Source of the DNA: a virus
Strand: one strand, 5' to 3'
Virus record (IMG/VR): IMGVR_UViG_3300023174_000140
Span: 1-64,000 of that record
DNA: 64,000 nucleotides
Of this stretch, positions 18,788-26,956 are shown piece after piece. The first letter of the stretch is position 1. Each line of letters starts with the position of its first letter. The notes beneath the pieces were generated by a model. That model had not been told where the DNA came from. It was given only the letters and a program-made list of their open reading frames with translations, and did no database searches. The position numbers were made by a program, and so were the translations under genes.

Positions 18788-19042
18788 ATGAACAGCACAT
18801 ACCAATACATAGCAAACTATATCAACAAGCCCACATACTTTTGTTATGTTGTAGATCGTGTGGTTAATACAAATCCTTATTTGTTTACTGGCGAGTATAA
18901 TAAAAAATTAATAAATAAGAAAGTATGGGTTGCTAAACAAGTATATCCAATGTGTATGCCAGAACAATATACCTATTTCAAAACACTCAAAGAATTAAAA
19001 GCCGCGTTAAATAGATGGGGCGCGAGTTGGGTAAGAGCTTGA
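18788..19042 (+). CDS. hypothetical protein
   Basis: ORF with promoter-like upstream. Confidence 0.65.
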   Translation: MNSTYQYIANYINKPTYFCYVVDRVVNTNPYLFTGEYNKKLINKKVWVAKQVYPMCMPEQYTYFKTLKELKAALNRWGASWVRA

Positions 19043-19072
19043 CTTAATAATAATTTAAGTTATATTAAATAT

Positions 19073-19309
19073 ATGGCATCAACAAAAACAAACTCCCAAC
19101 CTACCTTAACATCAAGAAGTGTTAAGATGTATTATCAATTTAAGATTGGCCCTGCTGATTATGAAGTGATAGAATCCTTTGATGGTAATAATGAATTATG
19201 TTTTAGAGAAATAAAGAGGTCAGATTGGGGTGGCTCATATAGTGTTACCAATGAATCATTAAGAAAGAAATTAATTAAAGCGGCGAAACAATATAGAATA
19301 TTTAATTGA
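19073..19309 (+). CDS. hypothetical protein
   Basis: leaderless promoter at 19039. Confidence 0.7.
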   Translation: MASTKTNSQPTLTSRSVKMYYQFKIGPADYEVIESFDGNNELCFREIKRSDWGGSYSVTNESLRKKLIKAAKQYRIFN

Positions 19310-19339
19310 CTAAATAATAATTTAGATTATATTCTATTT

Positions 19340-19624
19340 ATGACTAAAACATTCAAAATAGGCGAGACAGCACTTGGTGGAACTATCAAGGTAAGTATTC
19401 CTAAAACCTTAACTAATATTAAGATAGATGTTATTTCTACTAATCATATTACCAGAGGTTCGTGTGATGCACCATACTTAATTAATCAGTATATCTATTA
19501 TAGCTTTGATAGGATTAGAATTGAAAGAGATTTGTTTCAAATAGTAAGTGGTTACTGGTCAGATCAGATCCTTAAATGGATTACTAGCAAGTGGCAAATA
19601 GAGATTCCTAAAAATATAATTTGA
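19340..19624 (+). CDS. hypothetical protein
   Basis: leaderless promoter at 19306. Confidence 0.7.
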   Translation: MTKTFKIGETALGGTIKVSIPKTLTNIKIDVISTNHITRGSCDAPYLINQYIYYSFDRIRIERDLFQIVSGYWSDQILKWITSKWQIEIPKNII

Positions 19625-19654
19625 CAATAAATATAAAAGGAGTATATTAAAAAT

Positions 19655-19891
19655 ATGAACAACACCGAAAAACCCCTAAAGAAATTCACGATTCGTATGC
19701 AACGCAACCAAATCGCAGAAGTGGACATCGAGGTGGAGGCCACATCAGATGAGGAAGCGGTTGATAAGGCAACAGAGATGGCTGAGAATTGCACAGACGC
19801 AAATGGCTTTATGCTCGATTGGGATGAGGTTGATTATAACTTTGAAGCTATTGATGTCGAGGAAGAAGAGGAGGACGAAGATGAAGCTTAG
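19655..19891 (+). CDS. small acidic protein, DpnD/PcfM-like
   Basis: KKFTI...IEVEATSDEEAVDKA; promoter at 19621. Confidence 0.55.
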   Translation: MNNTEKPLKKFTIRMQRNQIAEVDIEVEATSDEEAVDKATEMAENCTDANGFMLDWDEVDYNFEAIDVEEEEEDEDEA

Positions 19892-20036
19892 GTCGCAAAT
19901 TGTCAAAGAAATCAGTGATAGGATTGAGGAATATAAAGGTCTGCAAATTGATCACGACAATAACCAAGATGTTGTGCATGAACTAAATAGCGTAATTAAT
20001 GAACTAGAAAATATATTGGAATGGATTAATGAGTAA
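19881..20036 (+). CDS. small hypothetical protein
   Basis: ATG at 19881 overlapping upstream gene. Confidence 0.55.
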   Translation: MKLRSQIVKEISDRIEEYKGLQIDHDNNQDVVHELNSVINELENILEWINE

Positions 20037-20304
20037 TGCACCTTTATATTTTGCTATTATATTAAGTATTGTTTTTGCTGTTTATATATATTTTAGCTAC
20101 AATGAATAAGTTATTTTGTATTGAAATACTACAAGAGAAACCAGTAATATCATTTGATGAATTACTATTAGTTAAATATGAAATAGATAATAGTGAAATA
20201 AGAGTTGATTAATAATAAATAGATGATAGCAGTATAGTGATTATAGAATATATATTTTAATTTTGGGCTATTGACATTAAACTAATTTGGTATATTATTA
20301 GCCT

Positions 20305-20757
20305 ATGAAGCTAATTAATACTACCTCATATTGTTCTGAAAAGTTAAAAGAAATTATTAAATGGTGCTTGCCCCAAGGATTGCACCTTAAAGATATTAGA
20401 AAAATAGACTTTGGTAATACCAAAATTGGTTGGCATGGCAGAGCATGGGGAAGCATGAGGGTGCATATTGCAGTTCCAAATTATTCTATTTATAAAAAGC
20501 CTTATAAGAGTGGAGGGTTTAGAGGATATTTACCAGTTAAGAGTTATAGCTGGGAAGAATCATTAGTAGAATTAGTTGCCCATGAAGTAAGACATATATG
20601 GCAATACAAGAAAGATAAGTTCTATCATGGTATTAAAAAGATAAGAAAATATAATATGGGTACTAGGGCTAAATTAAGTGAAGTAGATGCTAGTTTATAT
20701 GCTATTAGAAAGATAAGAGAATATAGAAAGAGTAGTATTAAATTTAATTTGGTTTGA
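20305..20757 (+). CDS. HExxH zincin-like metallopeptidase-domain protein
   Basis: LVAHEVRHIWQ and downstream EVDA; promoter at 20271. Confidence 0.6.
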   Translation: MKLINTTSYCSEKLKEIIKWCLPQGLHLKDIRKIDFGNTKIGWHGRAWGSMRVHIAVPNYSIYKKPYKSGGFRGYLPVKSYSWEESLVELVAHEVRHIWQYKKDKFYHGIKKIRKYNMGTRAKLSEVDASLYAIRKIREYRKSSIKFNLV

Positions 20758-20834
20758 CTTAAGTAGTTGATTATTATATATTTACGTATCGGCGGAGCCC
20801 GCGTGCGTAAATCCTTGAATATCAGCACTTTATA
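20758..20834. repeat. 77-bp double-palindrome element, copy 1
   Basis: 29-bp dyad + TATCGGCGGAGCCCGCGTG (19 bp) + CGTAAATCCTTGAATATCAGCACTTTATA. Confidence 0.8.
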
Positions 20835-20930
20835 AAAAATTATCTTAGGATACGTAAATCCTTGCACAACATTATCTTATGACATGAAAAAAGTTCTTGT
20901 CACAGTTTAAAAGTGTGGTATGATTAACAT

Positions 20931-21788
20931 ATGGCTAGAACAACAAAACCCGCTCAAAGTGTATACGATTTCGATATACATCAAGAGCCACTCCTCACAA
21001 CCGACGGCAAGAGGACAGGATACTTCGGGATGGTACGCCGTGATACCCCCGAACCCATGACACTCGGAGTTTGCACCGAGCAGTATGGTGTGGTGAAGAA
21101 TGCAGACCTTGTGGAAATGGTCGAAGAGTCGCTGGCTCAGAACAGCATGCTCATGAATCACACTTCTAAGAAGTTCGTGGTTCGTGATGGTGCTCGTTTC
21201 TACGCTAGCTATGACTTTACTGACTTCAAGACTGAATTGAAGCCAGTTGGCAAGCGTGCCAAGGGAGACATTCTTGGACTGCGGTTGACTGTGAATAACA
21301 GTTATGATCGCTCCAGCCGTGTCTCGTTAACCCTCGGTTTCCTCCGTTTGGTTTGCACCAACGGAATGAAATCGTTGACCAAGGAGTTCAGCATGACGAA
21401 ACGCCACACGTTGGCCGTCAATCTGGATTTCATTGGTGATGCGTTGGCTAACGCTGTCTCCAGCGTTGACAACTCTGTAGCAATCTTCAATAGGTTGGCG
21501 CAGAAGGCAATTACTGACGAGCAGGGTTTGACCTTGCTCACCAAGTTGGAAGAGAAGGATGTCATCTCTGCTAAGGTGCGTGAAGGCATCGAAGCAGTCT
21601 GGCGGAACCCTTCTTACGAGGAAGATACTGACCGCAACCTGTACAATTTGTACAATGCGTCAACTCAGTTCTTGACTCGCAATGTGGCGGATGAACGCTA
21701 TGAGTATAGCGAGCGCATCAGCACCGACCTGCTCAAGGTCTTCAGCGGAAAAACCCGTGATGAAGAGCTCTTGAAGTTGGTTGCCTAA
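20931..21788 (+). CDS. DUF932-family protein
   Basis: LGVCTEQYGVVKN, NSYDRSS, RLVCTNGM, NLYNLYNASTQFLT. Confidence 0.85.
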   Translation: MARTTKPAQSVYDFDIHQEPLLTTDGKRTGYFGMVRRDTPEPMTLGVCTEQYGVVKNADLVEMVEESLAQNSMLMNHTSKKFVVRDGARFYASYDFTDFKTELKPVGKRAKGDILGLRLTVNNSYDRSSRVSLTLGFLRLVCTNGMKSLTKEFSMTKRHTLAVNLDFIGDALANAVSSVDNSVAIFNRLAQKAITDEQGLTLLTKLEEKDVISAKVREGIEAVWRNPSYEEDTDRNLYNLYNASTQFLTRNVADERYEYSERISTDLLKVFSGKTRDEELLKLVA

Positions 21789-21808
21789 ACTAAAACGAAA
21801 CTTTAACA

Positions 21809-21840
21809 GAGGCGGAGGGCAAAACCCTCCGCTTCTTTTT
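21809..21840 (+). terminator. intrinsic terminator
   Basis: GCGGAGGG-CAAAA-CCCTCCGC followed by TTCTTTTT. Confidence 0.9.
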
Positions 21841-21857
21841 GCTCAAATTAAAAAATG

Positions 21858-21934
21858 TATAAGTCGTTGATTATCAAGCATTTACGTCGGGCGAGCCCCC
21901 GCATGCGTAAATCGTTATCTATCAAAGGTTTACA
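21858..21934. repeat. 77-bp double-palindrome element, copy 2
   Basis: TATAAGTCGTTGATTATCAAGCATTTACG-19bp-CGTAAATCGTTATCTATCAAAGGTTTACA. Confidence 0.9.
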
Positions 21935-21972
21935 ATTCTTGACATTTATATTATTTATGTTATATTTATGAG

Positions 21973-22314
21973 ATGAAAGCCAAACATAAAGTATATTATA
22001 ATTTACATAAGCATTGTCTTTCTATTATGCTTCGTGGTAAAGTATTAGAGCATAGCACAGAATTCTTTTTGAAGGATGTAGAGTTTAGAGTGAGTCAAGC
22101 TGGCAGAAACAGAGTATTAAAAGAACAAAGAAAGAATGTTCACGCTTTTGTGTGTGGCACTCCAGATGATGGATGGCCAATAGATCAAACTGAAAGAAAG
22201 GTTACCTATAATCCTTATAAGTTTAATAGTTTTGTTTATTCTGATACTCTTGAGCCAGTATATAAAGCTAAATGGGTTGGAGTTATTAATCGTGATATTT
22301 TTGTCTTGAATTAA
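21973..22314 (+). CDS. conserved hypothetical phage protein (VYYNLHK...VSQAGRNRVLKEQRKNVHAFV)
   Basis: widespread phage motif; promoter at 21939. Confidence 0.8.
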   Translation: MKAKHKVYYNLHKHCLSIMLRGKVLEHSTEFFLKDVEFRVSQAGRNRVLKEQRKNVHAFVCGTPDDGWPIDQTERKVTYNPYKFNSFVYSDTLEPVYKAKWVGVINRDIFVLN

Positions 22315-22339
22315 TCTAAAAGTATAGTAGAATTATCTA

Positions 22340-22495
22340 ATGGAAATCACTAAAGCCAAAAAACTAAAGGAGGGTGGCTACGCACTATACGCAGTTGACC
22401 CTAAAACTAAAACCGAAACCCAAGTTGGATATATTGGAGAAAATCTGACTTTGGAAGCGTGGCTTCCTAAAGGAGTTAAAATTGAAAATTCTTGA
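22340..22495 (+). CDS. small hypothetical protein (51 aa)
   Basis: below cutoff; MEITKAKKLKEGGYALYAV... Confidence 0.55.
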   Translation: MEITKAKKLKEGGYALYAVDPKTKTETQVGYIGENLTLEAWLPKGVKIENS

Positions 22496-22895
22496 AGAAT
22501 CTTTTACTAGCAGAGGCTTTAAGTTCACGATGATTGGTCGTGATGGAGATGTTGCAATCTATAAAAAACAATTAGATGAAGTAGACAGCGAAGCCTATAA
22601 CTATGAAGTTATCGCTATCAAACGCCACAATGGTTACGAGATTGCAGGTGTGAAGATGCCTCCTGCTGAAATGTATCCAAGCGATAGTCAATGGGGTGAT
22701 TGGGCTTTCACTTGCTCTACTCGTGAAGATGCAGATAAACGATTTGTTCAACTAAAAGAAAAACTATCAGCTTATGTTGCCACAGCAACTTTGCCTAATG
22801 GTGAGAAGCGTGGTCGTGGCCGTCCTCGGAAGAGTAATGTTCTTCCAGCACCTCCAGCAGAAATTCACTTGACACCAGAACAATTAGCAGTATAA
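22482..22895 (+). CDS. hypothetical protein with C-terminal AT-hook
   Basis: KRGRGRPRK; EMYPSDSQWG.WAFT motif; AAGGAG upstream of TTG. Confidence 0.7.
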   Translation: MKILEESFTSRGFKFTMIGRDGDVAIYKKQLDEVDSEAYNYEVIAIKRHNGYEIAGVKMPPAEMYPSDSQWGDWAFTCSTREDADKRFVQLKEKLSAYVATATLPNGEKRGRGRPRKSNVLPAPPAEIHLTPEQLAV

Positions 22896-22902
22896 TCCGA
22901 TT

Positions 22903-23139
22903 ATGACATACAAATGTGCAGTAAGCGGTGAAGCACTTTCACCAGAGAGAGTTGAGGCTCTGCAAGTCCTCGGCGTTCCAGAGAGTCAATGGACAAAGAA
23001 AGAATATAGTCAGACAAAAAAACTACGAGCTGTATATGCAGGTGATGATGGCAGTAATGACATCGTGATTTGTGATGCAGTAGATGGTGGCTCTATGTTT
23101 GATAATGCAGTAGCATTGGAGGTAGAAAATGAATCTTAA
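22903..23139 (+). CDS. degenerate TraR/DksA-C4-like protein
   Basis: CAVSGEALSPERVEAL resembles CxxCGExIpxxRLxA. Confidence 0.4.
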   Translation: MTYKCAVSGEALSPERVEALQVLGVPESQWTKKEYSQTKKLRAVYAGDDGSNDIVICDAVDGGSMFDNAVALEVENES

Positions 23140-23287
23140 GTATATCGTTTTGCGAGATGGAGTTCGTGTGAGTGAAGATATGCACTCAAAGATTGAAGAT
23201 GCCGAGCAAGAAGCGGAGTTTTGGCGTAAAGTCATCCGCTCTTGGCCTGATGGAACGAAAGTTACCATCAAGAAAATCGGTGGATAA
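23129..23287 (+). CDS. small hypothetical protein (52 aa)
   Basis: below cutoff; GGAGG upstream. Confidence 0.6.
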   Translation: MNLKYIVLRDGVRVSEDMHSKIEDAEQEAEFWRKVIRSWPDGTKVTIKKIGG

Positions 23288-23326
23288 CTTCGGAGGCTGA
23301 CATTGAGCTACGGCTTAGTGTTGATT

Positions 23327-23417
23327 GCTAGGGTCGTCTAACTGGTTAAGACCCACGACTTATACTCGTGAAGCTCTAGATTTGAGCGTAATGAAGGTTC
23401 GAATCCTTCCCCTAGTA
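23327..23417 (+). tRNA. tRNA with TAT anticodon (Ile, AUA-reading) and long variable arm
   Basis: GCTAGGG/CCCTAGT, CACGA-CTTATAC-TCGTG, V-arm GCTC/GAGC, GAAGG-TTCGAAT-CCTTC. Confidence 0.85.
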
Positions 23418-23484
23418 TGTAAAGCCTTATCATTCAACGAATTATTTTTATTGACTATTTCTCTAACTCTTGTATATTAAACCT

Positions 23485-23694
23485 ATGACAAACAAACAAT
23501 CAGTTCCATTCTATGTGATGAATGTGTTCGGCCAAGATCGAGCTATCATCCTAAACACCTCAATCCGTATGTGCACAACCAAAGAGACTTGTTCTCTCAA
23601 AGACTTGGAAAATTATGCCAAGGCTTTTGCAGTAGAGTTCTTTCAAGTGCCAAAACCTTCCAGCTTTCCAGCTAAAGTGGGGCAAGTAGTTTAA
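23485..23694 (+). CDS. hypothetical protein overlapping 5' end of tRNA(CAT)
   Basis: leaderless promoter at 23451 gives ATG 23485. Confidence 0.6.
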   Translation: MTNKQSVPFYVMNVFGQDRAIILNTSIRMCTTKETCSLKDLENYAKAFAVEFFQVPKPSSFPAKVGQVV

Positions 23695-23751
23695 AGGTGA
23701 AACAGAGAACTCATAATTCTCCTAGTGCTGGTTCGAGTCCAGCCTTGCCCA
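23680..23751 (+). tRNA. tRNA-Met/Ile2(CAT)
   Basis: GGGCAAG/CTTGCCC, GAGAA-CTCATAA-TTCTC, GCTGG-TTCGAGT-CCAGC; lacks initiator features. Confidence 0.9.
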
Positions 23752-23878
23752 CTTCTCCTTCTGCAGATTGGATGCTCAATTCCTATAGTAAGTATTGTGA
23801 GCCATCTCAAGAGGACATAGATTGGTATTTTAACAATAAAAGTATTGACAAAAAACAAAAACAGGATAACATTAAACT

Positions 23879-24265
23879 ATGAAACTAATTAAACAAAACC
23901 TCGGTGCTCATTGGGTCATCGGGATTAAAGGCAACAAGGACGAGATTGAGCAGTTCCACAATCGAGTCTATAATTGGGGTGGAACAAACGGAGAGCTTCA
24001 ATGGATGAGTAATGACTTTGCTTATTTTTGGATTACTCTCGAAAAGTTAGAGCGAGTGATGTTTAAGTATGTTATGAATGGTATCACAGATAAACTTGGC
24101 AAAAAGTTTCGTGGTGCTAAAGGTGGATTGAAAGCAGTTGCGATGAATCGTATTAAGAATACTATTGATAATATTCCAAACGAACATTTTGTTCGCACAG
24201 CACAAGTGGAGGATATTTATTCCCTCGGAACAATCTCTGCTGAAAAATTAGATAACGATAGCTAA
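23879..24265 (+). CDS. hypothetical protein, paralogue of 30763..31182
   Basis: YNWGGTNGEL, KGGL, YSLGTISAEK; promoter at 23845. Confidence 0.8.
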   Translation: MKLIKQNLGAHWVIGIKGNKDEIEQFHNRVYNWGGTNGELQWMSNDFAYFWITLEKLERVMFKYVMNGITDKLGKKFRGAKGGLKAVAMNRIKNTIDNIPNEHFVRTAQVEDIYSLGTISAEKLDNDS

Positions 24266-24271
24266 AAAATC

Positions 24272-24344
24272 CGCCTAGTAGCCCAATGGCAGAGGCAAAC
24301 GACTTAAAATCGTTATAGTGTCAGTTCGAGTCTGACCTAGGCGA
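24272..24344 (+). tRNA. tRNA-Leu(TAA) with short variable loop
   Basis: CGCCTAG/CTAGGCG, AACGA-CTTAAAA-TCGTT, GTCAG-TTCGAGT-CTGAC. Confidence 0.9.
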
Positions 24345-24354
24345 AAAATTTGTT

Positions 24355-24428
24355 GCTCCTATAACTCAACTGGAGAGAGTAACAGTTTTCTAAACTGTAG
24401 GTTGCAGGTTCGATCCCTGCTAGGAGCG
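24355..24428 (+). tRNA. tRNA-Arg(TCT)
   Basis: GCTCCTA/TAGGAGC, ACAGT-TTTCTAA-ACTGT, GCAGG-TTCGATC-CCTGC. Confidence 0.9.
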
Positions 24429-24830
24429 AAATACTTTCTCTAAATAAAAAATAAAATGTACTCTATTTATGTGAGAAATATTTTTGATAAATTTGGCGTA
24501 GAGTTTTTTGTTTTATTTTTAATGTTAGCGATATCGTGGGGCGGAATACAAGAGATACTGAAAATTATAATTACACATCTAAAGTAAGATTTGCCAAATA
24601 TCTAATAGGATATAATAAATAGTTGAAATATTTCCTAAATAATTGTAATATATATTGATATGAAAAGCGAAAATAGATTGAGCAAAATACTTGAGAAAAG
24701 AATCTTACAAAACGAAGATCCTAAGACTATTGCTCAAATAGATAAGTTTTTAAATAATTTAGAAGTTGTTTTCGTAAAGTGGGCGAAAGCTCATCCCAAT
24801 TGGAAAGAATCAGAAGAATAATTAAACTGT

Positions 24831-24907
24831 TGTAAGTTGTTGGTTATTAACTATTTACATTCGCGGGGGCTCTTCATGCGTAAGTCGTTGACTATCAACG
24901 AGATTTA
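24831..24907. repeat. 77-bp double-palindrome element, copy 3
   Basis: TGTAAGTTGTTGGTTATTAACTATTTACA-19bp-CGTAAGTCGTTGACTATCAACGAGATTTA. Confidence 0.9.
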
Positions 24908-24955
24908 ATTTAAGATTTTTCTTGTGAAAAAACAAAGGTATGGTATATTTAACCT

Positions 24956-25222
24956 ATGAACAAAATCAAAAACGCAATCATATACGCAACCTCATATCTG
25001 AAACACTTCGTCCTTTTCCTCTTGGGGCAAAGGTATTTAATCGAATACAAACCCTATGGTAAGGAGCAGGTTTATACCTACATCATCAGCAAACCCTCTT
25101 CTCATACCATCAGCAAGGCAGGGAATAAGCTATTCACTAGCTTCTGCTTTTCTGGTCGTATGGATTCTGGCGTGAAGCAATTCCGCTATGATCGAATCGC
25201 TGGTGGTCTTTCGCCAGTCTAA
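24956..25222 (+). CDS. small WYL-like domain protein
   Basis: IEY...SFCF...VKQFRYDRI resembles WYL RxFRxDRI. Confidence 0.45.
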   Translation: MNKIKNAIIYATSYLKHFVLFLLGQRYLIEYKPYGKEQVYTYIISKPSSHTISKAGNKLFTSFCFSGRMDSGVKQFRYDRIAGGLSPV

Positions 25223-25242
25223 AAACAGAAAGACATTATAGA

Positions 25243-25275
25243 AAGGGCGAGGCCTAAAAAACCTCGCCTTTTTTA
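25243..25275 (+). terminator. intrinsic terminator
   Basis: GGCGAGG/CCTCGCC hairpin followed by T-run. Confidence 0.85.
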
Positions 25276-25309
25276 TTGCAGATAAACAAAAGTATGTTAA
25301 GATAGTTTT

Positions 25310-25523
25310 AGTTCTTCGATATCAGAGAAGGTTGACCGCAAGGTTGCAGTTCTGGAAAGTTTCTAATGGAAACATTAGTTATATATAACGGAACGCCAAT
25401 ACTTCTCTTGGCGAGTCTGACTAACTCCCATAAGAGGATGAACCTGCCAACGCCCAGAGTCAGAGGCGAAAGAGGAGCAGGATATTCCTTTACGAAATCA
25501 TGAGCGTAGAGGGTCGAAGAACT
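25310..25523 (+). ncRNA. candidate structured ncRNA C (214 nt)
   Basis: TTGCAG-N16-TAAGAT predicts TSS at first base of 11-bp closing stem AGTTCTTCGAT/GTCGAAGAACT; GNRA hairpins ACC-GCAA-GGT and CTAATG-GAAA-CATTAG; CGCCAA/TTGGCG; TCTGACT/AGTCAGA; CCTTTACG/CGTAGAGG. Confidence 0.75.
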
Positions 25524-25701
25524 AATTTTTATTACGCCATTTTTCTCTGTGATTGAAAACCCAATCTAACAGAGCTTTTTCAAAACCAATATCGTGTCCT
25601 GCTTTTTCGCTTTCGAGCCATTTGTGCTTTAGGATTTCATTTCGCTCTTCAATAAACTTTTTATATAGAGCAGACGATTCAAGTAAACCAGAAACCTTCA
25701 T
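25522..25701 (-). CDS. DUF4032-like microprotein (59 aa)
   Basis: LYKKFIEERNEILKHKWLESEKAGHDIGFEKALLDW; GTGTAA-N8-ATG upstream; below track cutoff. Confidence 0.75.
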   Translation of the reverse strand: MKVSGLLESSALYKKFIEERNEILKHKWLESEKAGHDIGFEKALLDWVFNHREKWRNKN

Positions 25702-25715
25702 ATATTATATTACAC

Positions 25716-25829
25716 CTATTCCCACGGCATCCACATCGTGGCAAACTCTTCTTCGAGTTTTTCTATTTTTTGTTGTTGTGCCATTTCGTTTGCGAGTTGC
25801 TTCAATGCTTTCATATCATCTAAATACAT
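25716..25829 (-). CDS. small hypothetical protein (37 aa)
   Basis: AAGGAG SD and TTGACA promoter on minus strand (25885). Confidence 0.5.
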   Translation of the reverse strand: MYLDDMKALKQLANEMAQQQKIEKLEEEFATMWMPWE

Positions 25830-25889
25830 ATTAGCTCCTTTGGTTAGTGTTAACTTAACATTAACATATTATATTAATTTGTCAATGTT

Positions 25890-25966
25890 TATATCTCTTT
25901 GATAGCCAAGCATTTACGTCGGCAGGGGCTCTTGCGATGTAAATCGTTGATACTCAATGAAATTTA
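25890..25966. repeat. 77-bp double-palindrome element, copy 4 (between divergent promoters)
   Basis: TATATCTCTTTGATAGCCAAGCATTTACG-19bp-TGTAAATCGTTGATACTCAATGAAATTTA. Confidence 0.85.
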
Positions 25967-26004
25967 AATGTAGACAAAAAACAAAACTCTGATATATTTA
26001 AACT

Positions 26005-26844
26005 ATGAAAGTAAACGAAATTATCACCGAAAAATTCATCGAAGCCCTCAACAAAGGTGTCATCCCTTGGCAGAAGCCTTGGAAAGTTTTTGACCTCTGC
26101 AACGGAGTTTCCAAAAAGAATTATAGGGGCATCAATCAATTTTTGCTACGGATGCTGGCTTCTGATGATTTCTTTTTTACATTCAATCAGATTAAGGAAC
26201 TAGGTGGGAGAATCAAAAAGGGCGCTAAGTCTCATATGGTAGTTTATTACAAACTCCTCAAAACAGAAAGCAACAATGAAACCAAAACTTTCCCCATGAT
26301 GAGATTCTATAAAGTTTTTGGATTGAGTGATATTGAGGGCATGAAGTGGAAACAGCCCGAAGTTAAGAAGCTGGATTTTTCACCAGTAGAAGAAGCAGAA
26401 AAGTTGATTAACAAGTGCGTGATTCAGATTAAACATGGTGGAAGTCGTGCCTGTTATTATCCACAGGAACATAAGATTGATTTGCCCCCAAAAGAAAACT
26501 TCACCAGCGTTGAGGAGTATTATTCTACAGCGTTCCATGAGATTGGTCACGCTATGCACAAGGCTACAAGCGATGAAGTGAAGAATGGATTTGGAACGCA
26601 GAATTATAGCAAAGAAGAATTGACAGCAGAGATTTTTGCAAGCCTTTGCCTTAACTTCTGCGGAATTGATTCGGAAAAATGCTTTAACAATTCTGCGAGC
26701 TATCTTTCAAGCTGGCTTCAAGTTTTGAAAAAAGATATGAACTTTATCATCTCAGCTTCTAGCAAAGCCCAAAAAAGATTTGATGCTTTTATTGATAGAA
26801 AAGAAAGCGAAGAGATTCCAGAAGAAGAAGCTGCAACTGCTTAA
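26005..26844 (+). CDS. ardC: ArdC-like antirestriction protein (ssDNA-binding DUF1738 + zincin domain)
   Basis: PWQKPW, YRGIN, TFNQIKELGGRIKKG, YYSTAFHEIGH, YSKEELTAE, SASYLSSWL. Confidence 0.9.
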   Translation: MKVNEIITEKFIEALNKGVIPWQKPWKVFDLCNGVSKKNYRGINQFLLRMLASDDFFFTFNQIKELGGRIKKGAKSHMVVYYKLLKTESNNETKTFPMMRFYKVFGLSDIEGMKWKQPEVKKLDFSPVEEAEKLINKCVIQIKHGGSRACYYPQEHKIDLPPKENFTSVEEYYSTAFHEIGHAMHKATSDEVKNGFGTQNYSKEELTAEIFASLCLNFCGIDSEKCFNNSASYLSSWLQVLKKDMNFIISASSKAQKRFDAFIDRKESEEIPEEEAATA

Positions 26845-26908
26845 GTCTCAACGATTTACGCAAGCAACCTCCCTGCATATGTAAGTCATTGATAGTCAAT
26901 GAGATTTA
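26832..26908. repeat. 77-bp double-palindrome element, copy 5 (left arm overlaps ardC stop)
   Basis: ..TCAACGATTTACG-CAAGCAACCTCCCTGCATA-TGTAAGTCATTGATAGTCAATGAGATTTA. Confidence 0.85.
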
Positions 26909-26956
26909 ATTGTAAAAAAAACTTGTCCCAAAACAAAAACGTGGTAACCTATTTTT

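Noticed and set aside
23697-23882. 61-aa ORF
   Set aside because: Starts inside tRNA(CAT) and ends across a promoter
25310-25523. RNase P RNA or tmRNA identity for ncRNA C
   Set aside because: GGAAAGTT and GGAGCA are only weak echoes; no ACAGAA..GGCTTA region, tRNA-like domain or tag ORF
25553-25834. 93-aa plus-strand ORF
   Set aside because: Shadow of two better-supported minus-strand ORFs
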